Shown here: in pieces, positions 1-7,403 of the stretch
Numbering within the stretch: the stretch's first letter is position 1
Layout of the letters: each line of letters starts with the position of its first letter
Source: Methanobacteriota archaeon
GTDB taxonomy: Archaea; JAADCQ01; Methanopyri; Methanopyrales; Methanopyraceae
Reading direction: 5' to 3'
Assembly (NCBI GenBank): GCA_027064305.1
Contig: JAMOPY010000008.1
Coordinates: forward strand, 1-19,013
Length of the DNA: 19,013 nt
The notes under the pieces: generated by a model
Databases searched by the model: none
Told to the model about the DNA's origin: nothing
Seen by the model: the letters and a program-made list of their open reading frames with translations, nothing else
Program-made: the position numbers and the translations under genes

Positions 1-1
1 G

Positions 2-58
2 TTCATCCTGAGCGGGATGGGGATCGTCGGCCTGGGGCGGGTTGACATCTTCAACTAA
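2..58 (+). CDS. 3' end of an upstream gene (partial), probably a TauE/SafE-family paralogue
   Basis: Frame from nt 2 reads FILSGMGIVGLGRVDIFN* (TAA 56-58). Nt 1-25 match nt 871-895 of the next gene at 21/25 positions (FILSGMGI vs FILMGLGI). Confidence 0.5.
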   Translation, partial: FILSGMGIVGLGRVDIFN

Positions 59-61
59 CCT

Positions 62-76
62 CGAAATATTAAAAAA
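62..76 (+). promoter_or_regulatory. Archaeal BRE/TATA promoter candidate for the TauE gene
   Basis: CGAAATATTAAAAAA AT island in GC-rich DNA, about 40 nt upstream of ATG 113. SD-like GGGGAGGT at 101-108. Confidence 0.6.
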
Positions 77-112
77 CTCTTGAAATCGCATGATCACCCT
101 GGGGAGGTTGCG

Positions 113-907
113 ATGCCCGCGACGTTGACGGCGCTGAAGGTGGCTGAGCTGGTGGGTACGGGGTTCATCGCCGGGTACCTGGGTGGCATCATTGGGACCG
201 GTGGTTGCGTGCTGATGCTGCCGATGCTCGTGTTCCTGATGAAGTACCCGGTGGCTCAGGCCATCGGTACGACCGTGCTCGCGGTGGTCTGGACGGCCAC
301 GTTCGGAGCGATTTCCCACGGGAAGCTGGGGAACATCGACTACGAGACGTCGGCCGTGGTCCTGGCCGCGGGCGCGATCGGGGCGCTGGCGGGCTCCGTG
401 ATCTTCGCCGCGATCATGGGGTACGCCAAGGTGCTGGAGTTGATCCTGGGCGCGGCCTTCCTGTACGCGGCGGTGCGGATGATCTACGAGGGGATCAAGC
501 GGATCCCCGGGTCCGAGGCGGATCACATCCCGGGTAGCGCGAGCGCTAAGGCCGCGATCGGGTTCTTCATCGGCGTGCTCACCGGCATCCTGGGACTGGG
601 AGGAGGCTACGCGCTGGTGCCCTCGTTCATCTACCTGCTGGACGCGCCGGTGCACCTGGCCGTGGGCACGTCCATGATCAGCATGATCCCGATGGCGACG
701 GTCTCCGCCTCGTACAAGATGGCCCAGGGCGTCACGGACGTCCTGGGCGGCACGATCCTGGGCCTCGGTACGATCGCCGGGGTAAAGTTGGGTGCCAAGA
801 CCACGGAGAAGATCGAGCCGTGGGGCATCAAGCTGATCTTCGGGGTCGTGTTCCTGTACGTGTCGCTGAAGTTCATCCTGATGGGGCTTGGGATCAAGCT
901 GTTCTAG
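113..907 (+). CDS. Sulfite exporter TauE/SafE (TSUP) family permease
   Basis: Hydrophobic protein with two repeated halves (GIIGTGGCVLMLP..AIGT and GILGLGGGYALVP..AVGTS). Start moved to ATG 113, which follows the SD. Confidence 0.88.
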   Translation: MPATLTALKVAELVGTGFIAGYLGGIIGTGGCVLMLPMLVFLMKYPVAQAIGTTVLAVVWTATFGAISHGKLGNIDYETSAVVLAAGAIGALAGSVIFAAIMGYAKVLELILGAAFLYAAVRMIYEGIKRIPGSEADHIPGSASAKAAIGFFIGVLTGILGLGGGYALVPSFIYLLDAPVHLAVGTSMISMIPMATVSASYKMAQGVTDVLGGTILGLGTIAGVKLGAKTTEKIEPWGIKLIFGVVFLYVSLKFILMGLGIKLF

Positions 908-1578
908 AGCGGGGACTCGAGGTCCTCCAGGCTGACGTCCAGCTCGATCCCGAGGGCGTCGGCCAGCGCCTTGCCGTGGTAGTACGAGGACACGTCCTTG
1001 GACTCGTACCTGCCGAGCCGGGGGGCCACGCAGTGGTGGCAGGCGGTCAGCACGAAGGTGTTCACGGCCTCCCGGCCCGCCTCCATCCCCTCCACCCGGT
1101 CGGCGGCGGCCCAGGTGGCCCCGCAGGGGGCGCCCCGGACGACCTCCACGGACTCGATGACGCCCGAGGAGACCTCGACCCGCACCTCGGGGCGGCCGAA
1201 CCGCTCCAGGAGTCGGTCGATGGCGTCCACCCCGGTGTCGGGTAGCATCGAGCACGGGGTGGGGTCGGCGAAGGCGACGGCGTCGTGACGGTCCCGGATC
1301 TGGCGGCGGAGGGCGGGCTCGGGCAGCAGGGCGTAGTAGATGGGGACGTCGGTCCGCTCGGCGAGGGCCAGTTGGAGGTCGGGGTGCCTCAGGTAGCACA
1401 CAACCAGGTCGAACCCGGCGATTTCGGCCGGGAGCAGTCGTTCCGCGGATTCTTCGTCCAGGATCACGTTCTCCGGGGGCTCGTTCACCTCCAGGAACTC
1501 GGCCTCGTGCTCGGACCGGGCGTCGATGGTGCGGGCCGCGCGCCTCCCGTACTTGGATCCCAGCACGAGGATCCTCAA
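904..1578 (-). CDS. DUF166 family protein
   Basis: Motifs HPDL, PCS, FGRP, VVRGAPCGATW and C-x-A, typical of methanogen DUF166. Likely TTG start at 1578 (MRILVLGSKYG); the longer ORF start overlaps TraB. Confidence 0.75.
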   Translation of the reverse strand: MRILVLGSKYGRRAARTIDARSEHEAEFLEVNEPPENVILDEESAERLLPAEIAGFDLVVCYLRHPDLQLALAERTDVPIYYALLPEPALRRQIRDRHDAVAFADPTPCSMLPDTGVDAIDRLLERFGRPEVRVEVSSGVIESVEVVRGAPCGATWAAADRVEGMEAGREAVNTFVLTACHHCVAPRLGRYESKDVSSYYHGKALADALGIELDVSLEDLESPL

Positions 1579-1592
1579 CCTGAGGGCCCCGA

Positions 1593-1647
1593 ACTCAGCC
1601 CGCGGTCTCCTCTTCATGCTTTCCGCTCGCCGTGTCCTCATCATCGC
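1593..1647 (-). ncRNA. Box C/D guide sRNA overlapping the TraB 3' end
   Basis: Minus strand: C ATGATGA (1644-1638), 12-nt guide GGACACGGCGAG, D' CGGA (1625-1622), C' ATGAAGA (1617-1611), 12-nt guide GGAGACCGCGGG, D CTGA (1598-1595). This is canonical archaeal spacing. Confidence 0.8.
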
Positions 1648-2341
1648 CGAGCTCTCGCTCCGCCTCCCGGAGCAGGTCCAGGACCCCGTAGTGGGCCGCG
1701 CCGATCACGAGCACGGCCCGATCCACATCGCTCCGGTGCAGGTACTCGATCGTGTTCTCCGCGATCACGCGGTTCCGCTCGTCGATCAGAACCTGGGTCA
1801 CGTTGGGGAACCGGCGCCGCATCCACTCGATCATCTCGCGCACGGTCCGCTCGTCCGCGACGGAGTCGGACAGCAGTCGTTGGGTCTTGGACGGTCGGAG
1901 GACCGAGCGGAGGGCGTCGAGGAGCGTCACGACCTGGAACTTGAGTCGCTCGGTGAGCGGGGCCTTGACGCGTATCCGGTGCAGGATGCCGTCCACGTCC
2001 ATGTCCACGGGTACGAGCTCGGCCCCCAGCTCCTGCGCGGCCTCGATCGCCCCGAGCATGTCGTCCCCGAGCTCGCTCCCGACCACGCGGCTGACGAGTC
2101 GTTCCGCCAGGGAGAGGACGCCTCCGGCGAGCCGTCCGGGGCCTCGCTTCCGCTCGCCGGCGCCGTGAAGCTCGGCTAGGAGGGTCAGGAGTCGACCCTC
2201 GCACAGCTCCAGCAGTACCGCCTCGGGCTTGAGCTCCAGGACGGTGTCGCGGACGAGCCCGCGGTCTAGGCCCGCGTGCGCGGTGCGGAGCACGTGGAGC
2301 TCGGCGCCCAGGAGGCGGAAGGTGTCGAGGCGCGGTCGCAA
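1595..2341 (-). CDS. TraB/PrgY/GumN family protein
   Basis: Motifs TAH, P-E-A-V-x-x-ELC-x-x-R, G-x-DM-x-x-A, LIDERN and IGAAH-x-x-G. The start abuts the comB stop. Confidence 0.85.
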   Translation of the reverse strand: MRPRLDTFRLLGAELHVLRTAHAGLDRGLVRDTVLELKPEAVLLELCEGRLLTLLAELHGAGERKRGPGRLAGGVLSLAERLVSRVVGSELGDDMLGAIEAAQELGAELVPVDMDVDGILHRIRVKAPLTERLKFQVVTLLDALRSVLRPSKTQRLLSDSVADERTVREMIEWMRRRFPNVTQVLIDERNRVIAENTIEYLHRSDVDRAVLVIGAAHYGVLDLLREAERELGDDEDTASGKHEEETAG

Positions 2342-3004
2342 CTACCCGGGCACCACCATCCCGTCCTCAAAGACCGGTACGACGTCGAACTCGTCCACCC
2401 TCGCGCAGAAGTCCACGTCTCGATCCTTGCCGTGCAGCTCCAGCACGTGGCTCGTGCGGGAGCTGCGGAACACGTCCAGGGGTCGAAACGTTTTGGACAA
2501 TTCGATGAGGGTGCGGGTGCGCCGGTCGGCGGGCTCGCCCCGGGAGAGGCGGGCGATGTACCCGGCGGTGAACGCGTCCTCGATGGCCATCCTTCCCCGG
2601 TGACCCGCCTCCACGATGCACGTGTCGCGGTCCAGCTCGGCGGCGACGGCGCTGGCGTTGAGGAGGGCGCCGACGAGCACCCGCTCGCAGGCCTCGGCGG
2701 TGCGCAGGATCGCCTCGGTCCCGTTGGTCGTGACCATGTACACGGTCTCGCCCTCGATGCCCTCCGGGTTCCTCAGCAGCTCGGTGGGGGAGTTCCCGTA
2801 GTCGGCGATGTCGAGCTTTTTCCCGTGACGCTCACCGATCGTGGGGCCGTCCGCGTCCCGGAGCTCCCGTGGGCTGGTTAGGGGCACGATGGCCTCGGCG
2901 CCGAGGGCGAGGGCGGTGACGATCGTGGAGCTGGCCCGCAGCGCGTCCACGACGACGCCCACCGGGTACCCCTCGTCCGGGTCCATGGTCGCGAGAACCC
3001 GCAC
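2342..3004 (-). CDS. comB: 2-phosphosulfolactate phosphatase (coenzyme M biosynthesis)
   Basis: Motifs DALRASSTI, GERHG, GNSP, TTNGT, LNASA and ED-x-x-x-AG. Confidence 0.92.
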   Translation of the reverse strand: MRVLATMDPDEGYPVGVVVDALRASSTIVTALALGAEAIVPLTSPRELRDADGPTIGERHGKKLDIADYGNSPTELLRNPEGIEGETVYMVTTNGTEAILRTAEACERVLVGALLNASAVAAELDRDTCIVEAGHRGRMAIEDAFTAGYIARLSRGEPADRRTRTLIELSKTFRPLDVFRSSRTSHVLELHGKDRDVDFCARVDEFDVVPVFEDGMVVPG

Positions 3005-3030
3005 GGTGGGACCCCCGGGGGAGGGTTCCT

Positions 3031-3798
3031 TTGGTGGCCGTGGCCCTGCCCTGGAGCCTGTTCTCGGAGGAGCGGGATCCGAAGATCTACGCGTACCGGG
3101 TGGGACTGCTGGGGCGGGCCTTGGCGATCTATCGGGTGGAGGAGGTGTTACTTTACGGCGATGGCGTCGGGAGGAGGCGCAACGCCGAGCGACTGAAGAA
3201 GCTTCTGGAGTACCTGGAGTGCCCGCAGTACCTGAGGAAGCGGGTGTTCCGGCTCGATCGGGACCTGCGGTACGCGGGCGTGATGCCGCCGCTGCGCGCC
3301 CCGCACCACAAGCGGCACCCGCCCAGGGAGGGGGAGGTGCGGGAGGGGTACGTGGTGCGGAGGTCGCGGGAGGGGTGCCTGGTGGACGTGGGGGCGGAGG
3401 AGCTGGCGGTCTCGCGCGAGCGGTTGCGACCGAGGCGGAGGGTGACGGTGCGGGTCGTGTCGGAGGACCCGCTGATCGTCGAGCCCGCCGAGCCGGACGA
3501 GTACTGGGGGTTCCGCGTGCGGATCGTGGACTCGCTGGATCGGGTGCTGGAGCGGTTCGATCGGGGCGTCGTGATCGCCTCCCGGTACGGTGAGGACGTC
3601 AGGGAGGTGGAGTTCCGGGAGTCCCCCCGGTGCCTGGTGTTCGGGTCCAGTCGCGTGGGGGTGCTGGACGTCAAGCCCGACGTGAAGGAGAGGTTCCTTA
3701 CGGTTAATTTCATACCCGGTCAAGGTGTGGAGGTGGTAAGGACTGAGGAGGCCGTGCACGCGGCGTTGGCCGTGCTGAATTACCTGGACTTGCTGTAA
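3031..3798 (+). CDS. SPOUT-class putative RNA methyltransferase (DUF171/MTH1-like)
   Basis: Motifs RA-x-AIYRV, YLECPQYLRK, LRYAG-x-x-PPLRAPHH, an OB-fold insert (REG..VDVG), YWG and NFIPGQG-x-x-x-VRTEEAV. Confidence 0.88.
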   Translation: MVAVALPWSLFSEERDPKIYAYRVGLLGRALAIYRVEEVLLYGDGVGRRRNAERLKKLLEYLECPQYLRKRVFRLDRDLRYAGVMPPLRAPHHKRHPPREGEVREGYVVRRSREGCLVDVGAEELAVSRERLRPRRRVTVRVVSEDPLIVEPAEPDEYWGFRVRIVDSLDRVLERFDRGVVIASRYGEDVREVEFRESPRCLVFGSSRVGVLDVKPDVKERFLTVNFIPGQGVEVVRTEEAVHAALAVLNYLDLL

Positions 3799-3801
3799 GC
3801 C

Positions 3802-3876
3802 TCGGCCGGCTCTCCCACATCATGTTCGGGGTATCAGCCGGGGATTACCTCGTCATCGGCTGAGGTTTCGTCATCG
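3802..3876 (-). ncRNA. Box C/D sRNA candidate (intergenic)
   Basis: Minus strand: ATGACGA (3874-3868), CCGA (3859-3856), ATGACGA (3856-3850), 12-nt guide, CTGA (3837-3834), ATGATGT (3823-3817), 11-nt guide, CCGA (3805-3802). A TATA-like element lies about 25 nt upstream. Confidence 0.65.
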
Positions 3877-3896
3877 ACGCGGCTTCCTTACGACAA

Positions 3897-3907
3897 CATA
3901 TTTATTG
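3897..3907. promoter_or_regulatory. AT-rich TATA-like element, possibly bidirectional
   Basis: CATATTTATTG lies between the divergent sRNA candidate (-) and the wHTH gene (+). Confidence 0.55.
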
Positions 3908-3956
3908 ATCTCCCGGTGGGTTGCTTAAAGGGAGGTTCAAAAGGGGGGATGAGGTG

Positions 3957-4334
3957 ATGGTGGAGATGCCGGAAGAATTTGAAAGTGACATAGAGGAGGT
4001 CAAGCGGAGGCTTCGGGAGGGGAAGTTAACCAACTTGGGAGCGGCCCTGGCGGTTGTGCTGCTGGCGAGCCTTAAGGGTCAGTGGATCAACGTGGATGAG
4101 ATCGTGAAGGTGCTGCGGGAGCTCGGGTACGATGTGAAAACGAACAGCATCAGGAGCGCCCTGTACAAGGTTCGGCAGGAAGGGCTGCTGAAGTCCAAGC
4201 GGCTGGGCCGGAAGACCGCGTACTTCATTCCGGTGGAGGAGGAAGAGGTGCTGGGAGCGATCCTGCGTCGGATCACCGGGGAGGAGATCCGGGAGAAGAT
4301 CGTGGAGGAGCTGCTTAAGGAGATCCGTGAGTGA
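3957..4334 (+). CDS. Winged helix-turn-helix protein (PaaX N-terminal-like)
   Basis: VDEIVKVLRELGYDVKTNSIRSALYKVRQEGLLKSKRLGRKTAYFI has the recognition helix plus wing pattern. Start is ATG 3957 or 3966 after GAGGTG. Confidence 0.75.
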   Translation: MVEMPEEFESDIEEVKRRLREGKLTNLGAALAVVLLASLKGQWINVDEIVKVLRELGYDVKTNSIRSALYKVRQEGLLKSKRLGRKTAYFIPVEEEEVLGAILRRITGEEIREKIVEELLKEIRE

Positions 4335-4393
4335 GCGCTCCGCCCGCCCCTCCGTATGGTTTCGATCCTCGAAACGATGGGGTGATCGAGCGT
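4335..4393 (+). promoter_or_regulatory. Extended hairpin over the cbf5 SD and start codon, with a perfect 7-bp inverted repeat
   Basis: GCGCTC(4335-40)/GAGCGT(4388-93), CGCCCC(4345-50)/GGGGTG(4379-84) and GTTTCGA-TCC-TCGAAAC (4359-4375). Confidence 0.45.
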
Positions 4394-5402
4394 GAGCGGG
4401 TCGGGGAAGGAGGCGCGGGAGCGGAGGCTTCCCTTCGAGCGTGAGCGGGAGATGGTGACCAAGGCGGAGGCCGAGACGGACCCGCGGTACGGGTGCCCGC
4501 CGGAGGAGCGGCCGATGGAGGAGTACATCATGAAGGGGGTCATCAACCTCGACAAGCCCGCGGGTCCGACCTCCCACGAGGTGGTCGCGTGGGTGAAGGA
4601 GATCTTGGGGCTGTCCAAGGCGGGTCACGGGGGCACGCTGGACCCGAAGGTCACGGGCGTCCTTCCCGTCGCGCTGGAGAAGGCCACGAAGATCATCCAG
4701 ACCCTACTACCCGCGGGCAAGGAGTACGTCTGCATCATGCACCTGCACGGGGACGTGGACGACGACGAGCTGGAGCGGGTGGTGCGGGAGTTCGAGGGGA
4801 CGATCCTGCAGCGCCCGCCCCTCCGGTCCGCGGTCAAGCGCCGCGTGCGGCCGAAGAAGGTGTACTACATCGACATCATCGAGCGGGACGGTCGGGACGT
4901 GCTGCTGCGGATCGGCTGCCAGGCGGGCACCTACATCCGGAAGCTCTGCCACGACATCGGGGAGGCGCTGGGCGTCGGCGCGCACATGGCGGAGCTGCGC
5001 CGGACCAAGACGGGCCCGTTCTCGGAGGAGAACGCCGTCACGCTTCACGACCTGAAGGACGCCTACGAGTTCTGGCGGGAGGAGGGGTGGGAGGAACCGC
5101 TGAGGCACGTGATCCGGCCGATGGAGGAGGGGCTGAGCCACCTGCCCCGGATCGAGATTCGGGACACGGCCGTGGACGCGATCTGCCACGGGGCCGACCT
5201 GGCGGCGCCCGGGATCGTCCGGGTGGAGAAGGGGATCCAGCCGGGCGACCTGGTGGCCATATTCACGCTGAAGGGCGAGGCGGTGGCGCTGGGCGTGGCC
5301 AAGGCCTCCTGGAAGGAGATGCTGCACGCCGATCGGGGCATCATGGTGGACACGAAGCGGGTGCTGATGGAACCCGGCACGTACCCGAAGGCCTGGGGCT
5401 AG
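4392..5402 (+). CDS. cbf5: H/ACA RNA-guided pseudouridine synthase Cbf5 (TruB family)
   Basis: LDKPAGPTSHEVV, catalytic GHGGTLDPKVTG, QRPPLRSAVKR, GTYIRKLCHDIG and a C-terminal PUA domain. SD GGGGTGA upstream of GTG. Confidence 0.97.
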   Translation: MSGSGKEARERRLPFEREREMVTKAEAETDPRYGCPPEERPMEEYIMKGVINLDKPAGPTSHEVVAWVKEILGLSKAGHGGTLDPKVTGVLPVALEKATKIIQTLLPAGKEYVCIMHLHGDVDDDELERVVREFEGTILQRPPLRSAVKRRVRPKKVYYIDIIERDGRDVLLRIGCQAGTYIRKLCHDIGEALGVGAHMAELRRTKTGPFSEENAVTLHDLKDAYEFWREEGWEEPLRHVIRPMEEGLSHLPRIEIRDTAVDAICHGADLAAPGIVRVEKGIQPGDLVAIFTLKGEAVALGVAKASWKEMLHADRGIMVDTKRVLMEPGTYPKAWG

Positions 5403-6874
5403 AGGGAGCGGGCCAGCAGCACGGTGAGGTTAGGCACCTTCACGTCCACCCCGCACCGCTCGACCCCCTCCCGCAGGTTGTACTCGCAGAACGGGCACAC
5501 GGTGGTCAGGACGTCCGCCCCCACCTCCTCAGCCATTCGCGCCTTCACGTCCGACATCAGCCGGGCCAGCTCCGGCAGGCCGGCGCGCACGCCCCCACCG
5601 GCCCCGCAGCACCGGTCCGGCTCGCGCATCTCCCGGAACTCGACCCCCTCGACCGACTTCAGCAGGCGCCGGGGCTCCCGGTGCACCCCCTGCCCCCGCT
5701 TGAGGTGGCACGGGTCGTGGTACGTGACCACGACCTCCTCCGGGTGCTCGAACCCCCGCTCGTGCGCCCTCAGCTCCACCAGCAGCTCCGTCACGTCCAG
5801 CACCTCCCACTCGAACCGCTCCCCCAGCAGCTCCGGGTAGTCGTTCTTCAGCGTGGCGCCGCACCCCGCGCACACCGTCACGATCACGTCCGGATCGACC
5901 CGCTGGAACGCCTCCAGGTTCCGGAAGGCCAGGCGCTCGGCCCGGTCCCGCTGCCCCGTTCGGAGCAGGGGCGAGCCGCAGCACACCTGGTCTTCCGGGA
6001 TCACCAGGCGGAACCCCAGCTCCTCCGCCAGCCGGACGAGCGCCCTCCCGGTCTCGGGCAGCCGGTAGTCGACGAGGCATCCCGTGAAGAAGAGCGCCGT
6101 CACGTCCCCGGACCCGTGCTCGCCCGCGCACTCCTCGAGGAAGCACTCGTCCTTCCGCTCCACCGACCGACCGGTGCGAACGGCCCGCTCCCCCACCTCC
6201 CGGTGCTCCTCCAGCGGTCCGAGGCCCAACTCCCGCAGCCGCGCCCGCACCGCCTCCACGGCCTTCTTCGGGATGTCGATGTCCTTTGGGCAGACCTCCG
6301 CGCACCGGTGGCACGTCGTGCACGCGTACACGTCCACGCCCTCGAGCCGGGGCGTCCGATCCCACTTCTCCGACTCCTCCGCGAGCTTTCGCAGGACGGT
6401 GGGTCCGGGGTTCCGGGTCGAGCCCGCCCGGATCACCGGGCACTCCACGACGCAGCACAGGCACTCGATGCACGAGCGGAGCTCGTGCAGCCGCTCGGCC
6501 CGGTCCGGTTCCAGTCGTCGGAACCAGTCCAGGTGGGTCCGGGGCGCGAGCGGTCGGAGGCGCCCCGTCACCTCGCGCCAGTCCACGACGAGGTCCCGGA
6601 TGACCGGAAGGTGCCGGAGCGGTTCGACGGTGACCTCCTCCCCCGGCTCGAGCCGGCGCTCGCAGGCCAGCCCCGCCTCCCCGTTGATCAGGACCGCGCA
6701 GGTCCCGCACTGAGCGTTCCTGCACGAGTACTGGAACTGCAGGTCCGGGGCCTCGTGCTCCTTGATCCACAGCAGCGCGTCCAGGAGCGTCATCCCCTCC
6801 TGGTACGGTACCTCGACCTCCAGCTCCCGGTCCGGGGTGCGGACGCGGACCAGCACGGTCTCCTCCTCGCCCAT
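5399..6874 (-). CDS. tfrB: Thiol:fumarate reductase (CoM/CoB) iron-sulfur subunit B
   Basis: SdhB-like 2Fe-2S domain (SCRNAQCGTC..LAC), two 4Fe-4S motifs (CIECLCCVVECP, CTTCHRCAEVCP) and two HdrB/D-type CCG domains (CCGSP..CAGC; YHDPCH..CCGAGGG..CPFC). Confidence 0.85.
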   Translation of the reverse strand: MGEEETVLVRVRTPDRELEVEVPYQEGMTLLDALLWIKEHEAPDLQFQYSCRNAQCGTCAVLINGEAGLACERRLEPGEEVTVEPLRHLPVIRDLVVDWREVTGRLRPLAPRTHLDWFRRLEPDRAERLHELRSCIECLCCVVECPVIRAGSTRNPGPTVLRKLAEESEKWDRTPRLEGVDVYACTTCHRCAEVCPKDIDIPKKAVEAVRARLRELGLGPLEEHREVGERAVRTGRSVERKDECFLEECAGEHGSGDVTALFFTGCLVDYRLPETGRALVRLAEELGFRLVIPEDQVCCGSPLLRTGQRDRAERLAFRNLEAFQRVDPDVIVTVCAGCGATLKNDYPELLGERFEWEVLDVTELLVELRAHERGFEHPEEVVVTYHDPCHLKRGQGVHREPRRLLKSVEGVEFREMREPDRCCGAGGGVRAGLPELARLMSDVKARMAEEVGADVLTTVCPFCEYNLREGVERCGVDVKVPNLTVLLARSL

Positions 6875-6878
6875 GCCC

Positions 6879-7403
6879 TCACCACCTCATCTTGGTCAGG
6901 TCCAGCTCGACGTCCTCCACCTCGCGGGCGAAGGCGACCGCGATCTCGCGGCCGAGCTCCAGCGGGTCGCCCTCCCACCCGAGGTCCCGGAGGGAGGTCG
7001 CGGGCACGGGGACCCCCTCGGTGGTCACGTTGACGCCCAGGTGGGCCAGGGCGCCCGGCCCGGCCGGTCGGAAGACGGAGACCGTGAGCTTCCGACCGTC
7101 GTGGAGCAGGTCGTCCCCGTCCCGCTCCAGCCTGACGGACAGCCGCTCCTCCAGCACCTCGCGGGCCGTGACGACGAGGATCCGTTGAAGGAGGCCGGCC
7201 GCAAGGGGGTCGCATCGGGTGGGGTCGTCCAGGATCAGGTGCAGCACGTCCGCCCCTCGGATGGGCTCGTCCAGGTCCTCGGTGTCCACCGTGTGTTCCC
7301 GGCTCACGTCCATCGGGCCGCGGAAGACGAGGATCGCGCGCCCGCGCACCCCGTACCGCGCGTGGGCGTAGGCGCGGCGGAGCTGGGAGCCGTCGTACCT
7401 CAT
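6879..7403 (-). CDS. DUF366 family protein (lipoate/biotin ligase-like fold)
   Basis: YDGSQL, FRGPMDV, D-x-EDL, QR, RDGDDL, KLTVSV and HLGVNV. ATG 7403 forms an ATGA overlap with the ogt stop; an earlier start is possible. Confidence 0.78.
   Translation of the reverse strand: MRYDGSQLRRAYAHARYGVRGRAILVFRGPMDVSREHTVDTEDLDEPIRGADVLHLILDDPTRCDPLAAGLLQRILVVTAREVLEERLSVRLERDGDDLLHDGRKLTVSVFRPAGPGALAHLGVNVTTEGVPVPATSLRDLGWEGDPLELGREIAVAFAREVEDVELDLTKMRW

Noticed and set aside
1595-2341. TraB as evidence of a conjugative element
   Set aside because: This TraB/PrgY family is a widespread chromosomal archaeal family, and no integrase, relaxase or att sites are present.
4335-4393. Hairpin as an H/ACA guide RNA
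   Set aside because: No 3' ACA box or clear K-turn/K-loop on either strand. Kept only as a cis-element candidate.
4392-4520. Possible cbf5 intron, as found in some crenarchaea
   Set aside because: The reading frame is continuous and the motifs are at normal spacing, so no intron is needed.
4493-7033. 846-aa plus-strand ORF and other long alternative ORFs (7632-9380, 8945-11008, 12886-14292)
   Set aside because: Shadow ORFs overlapping well-supported genes. They are a product of high GC, have biased composition and carry no motifs.
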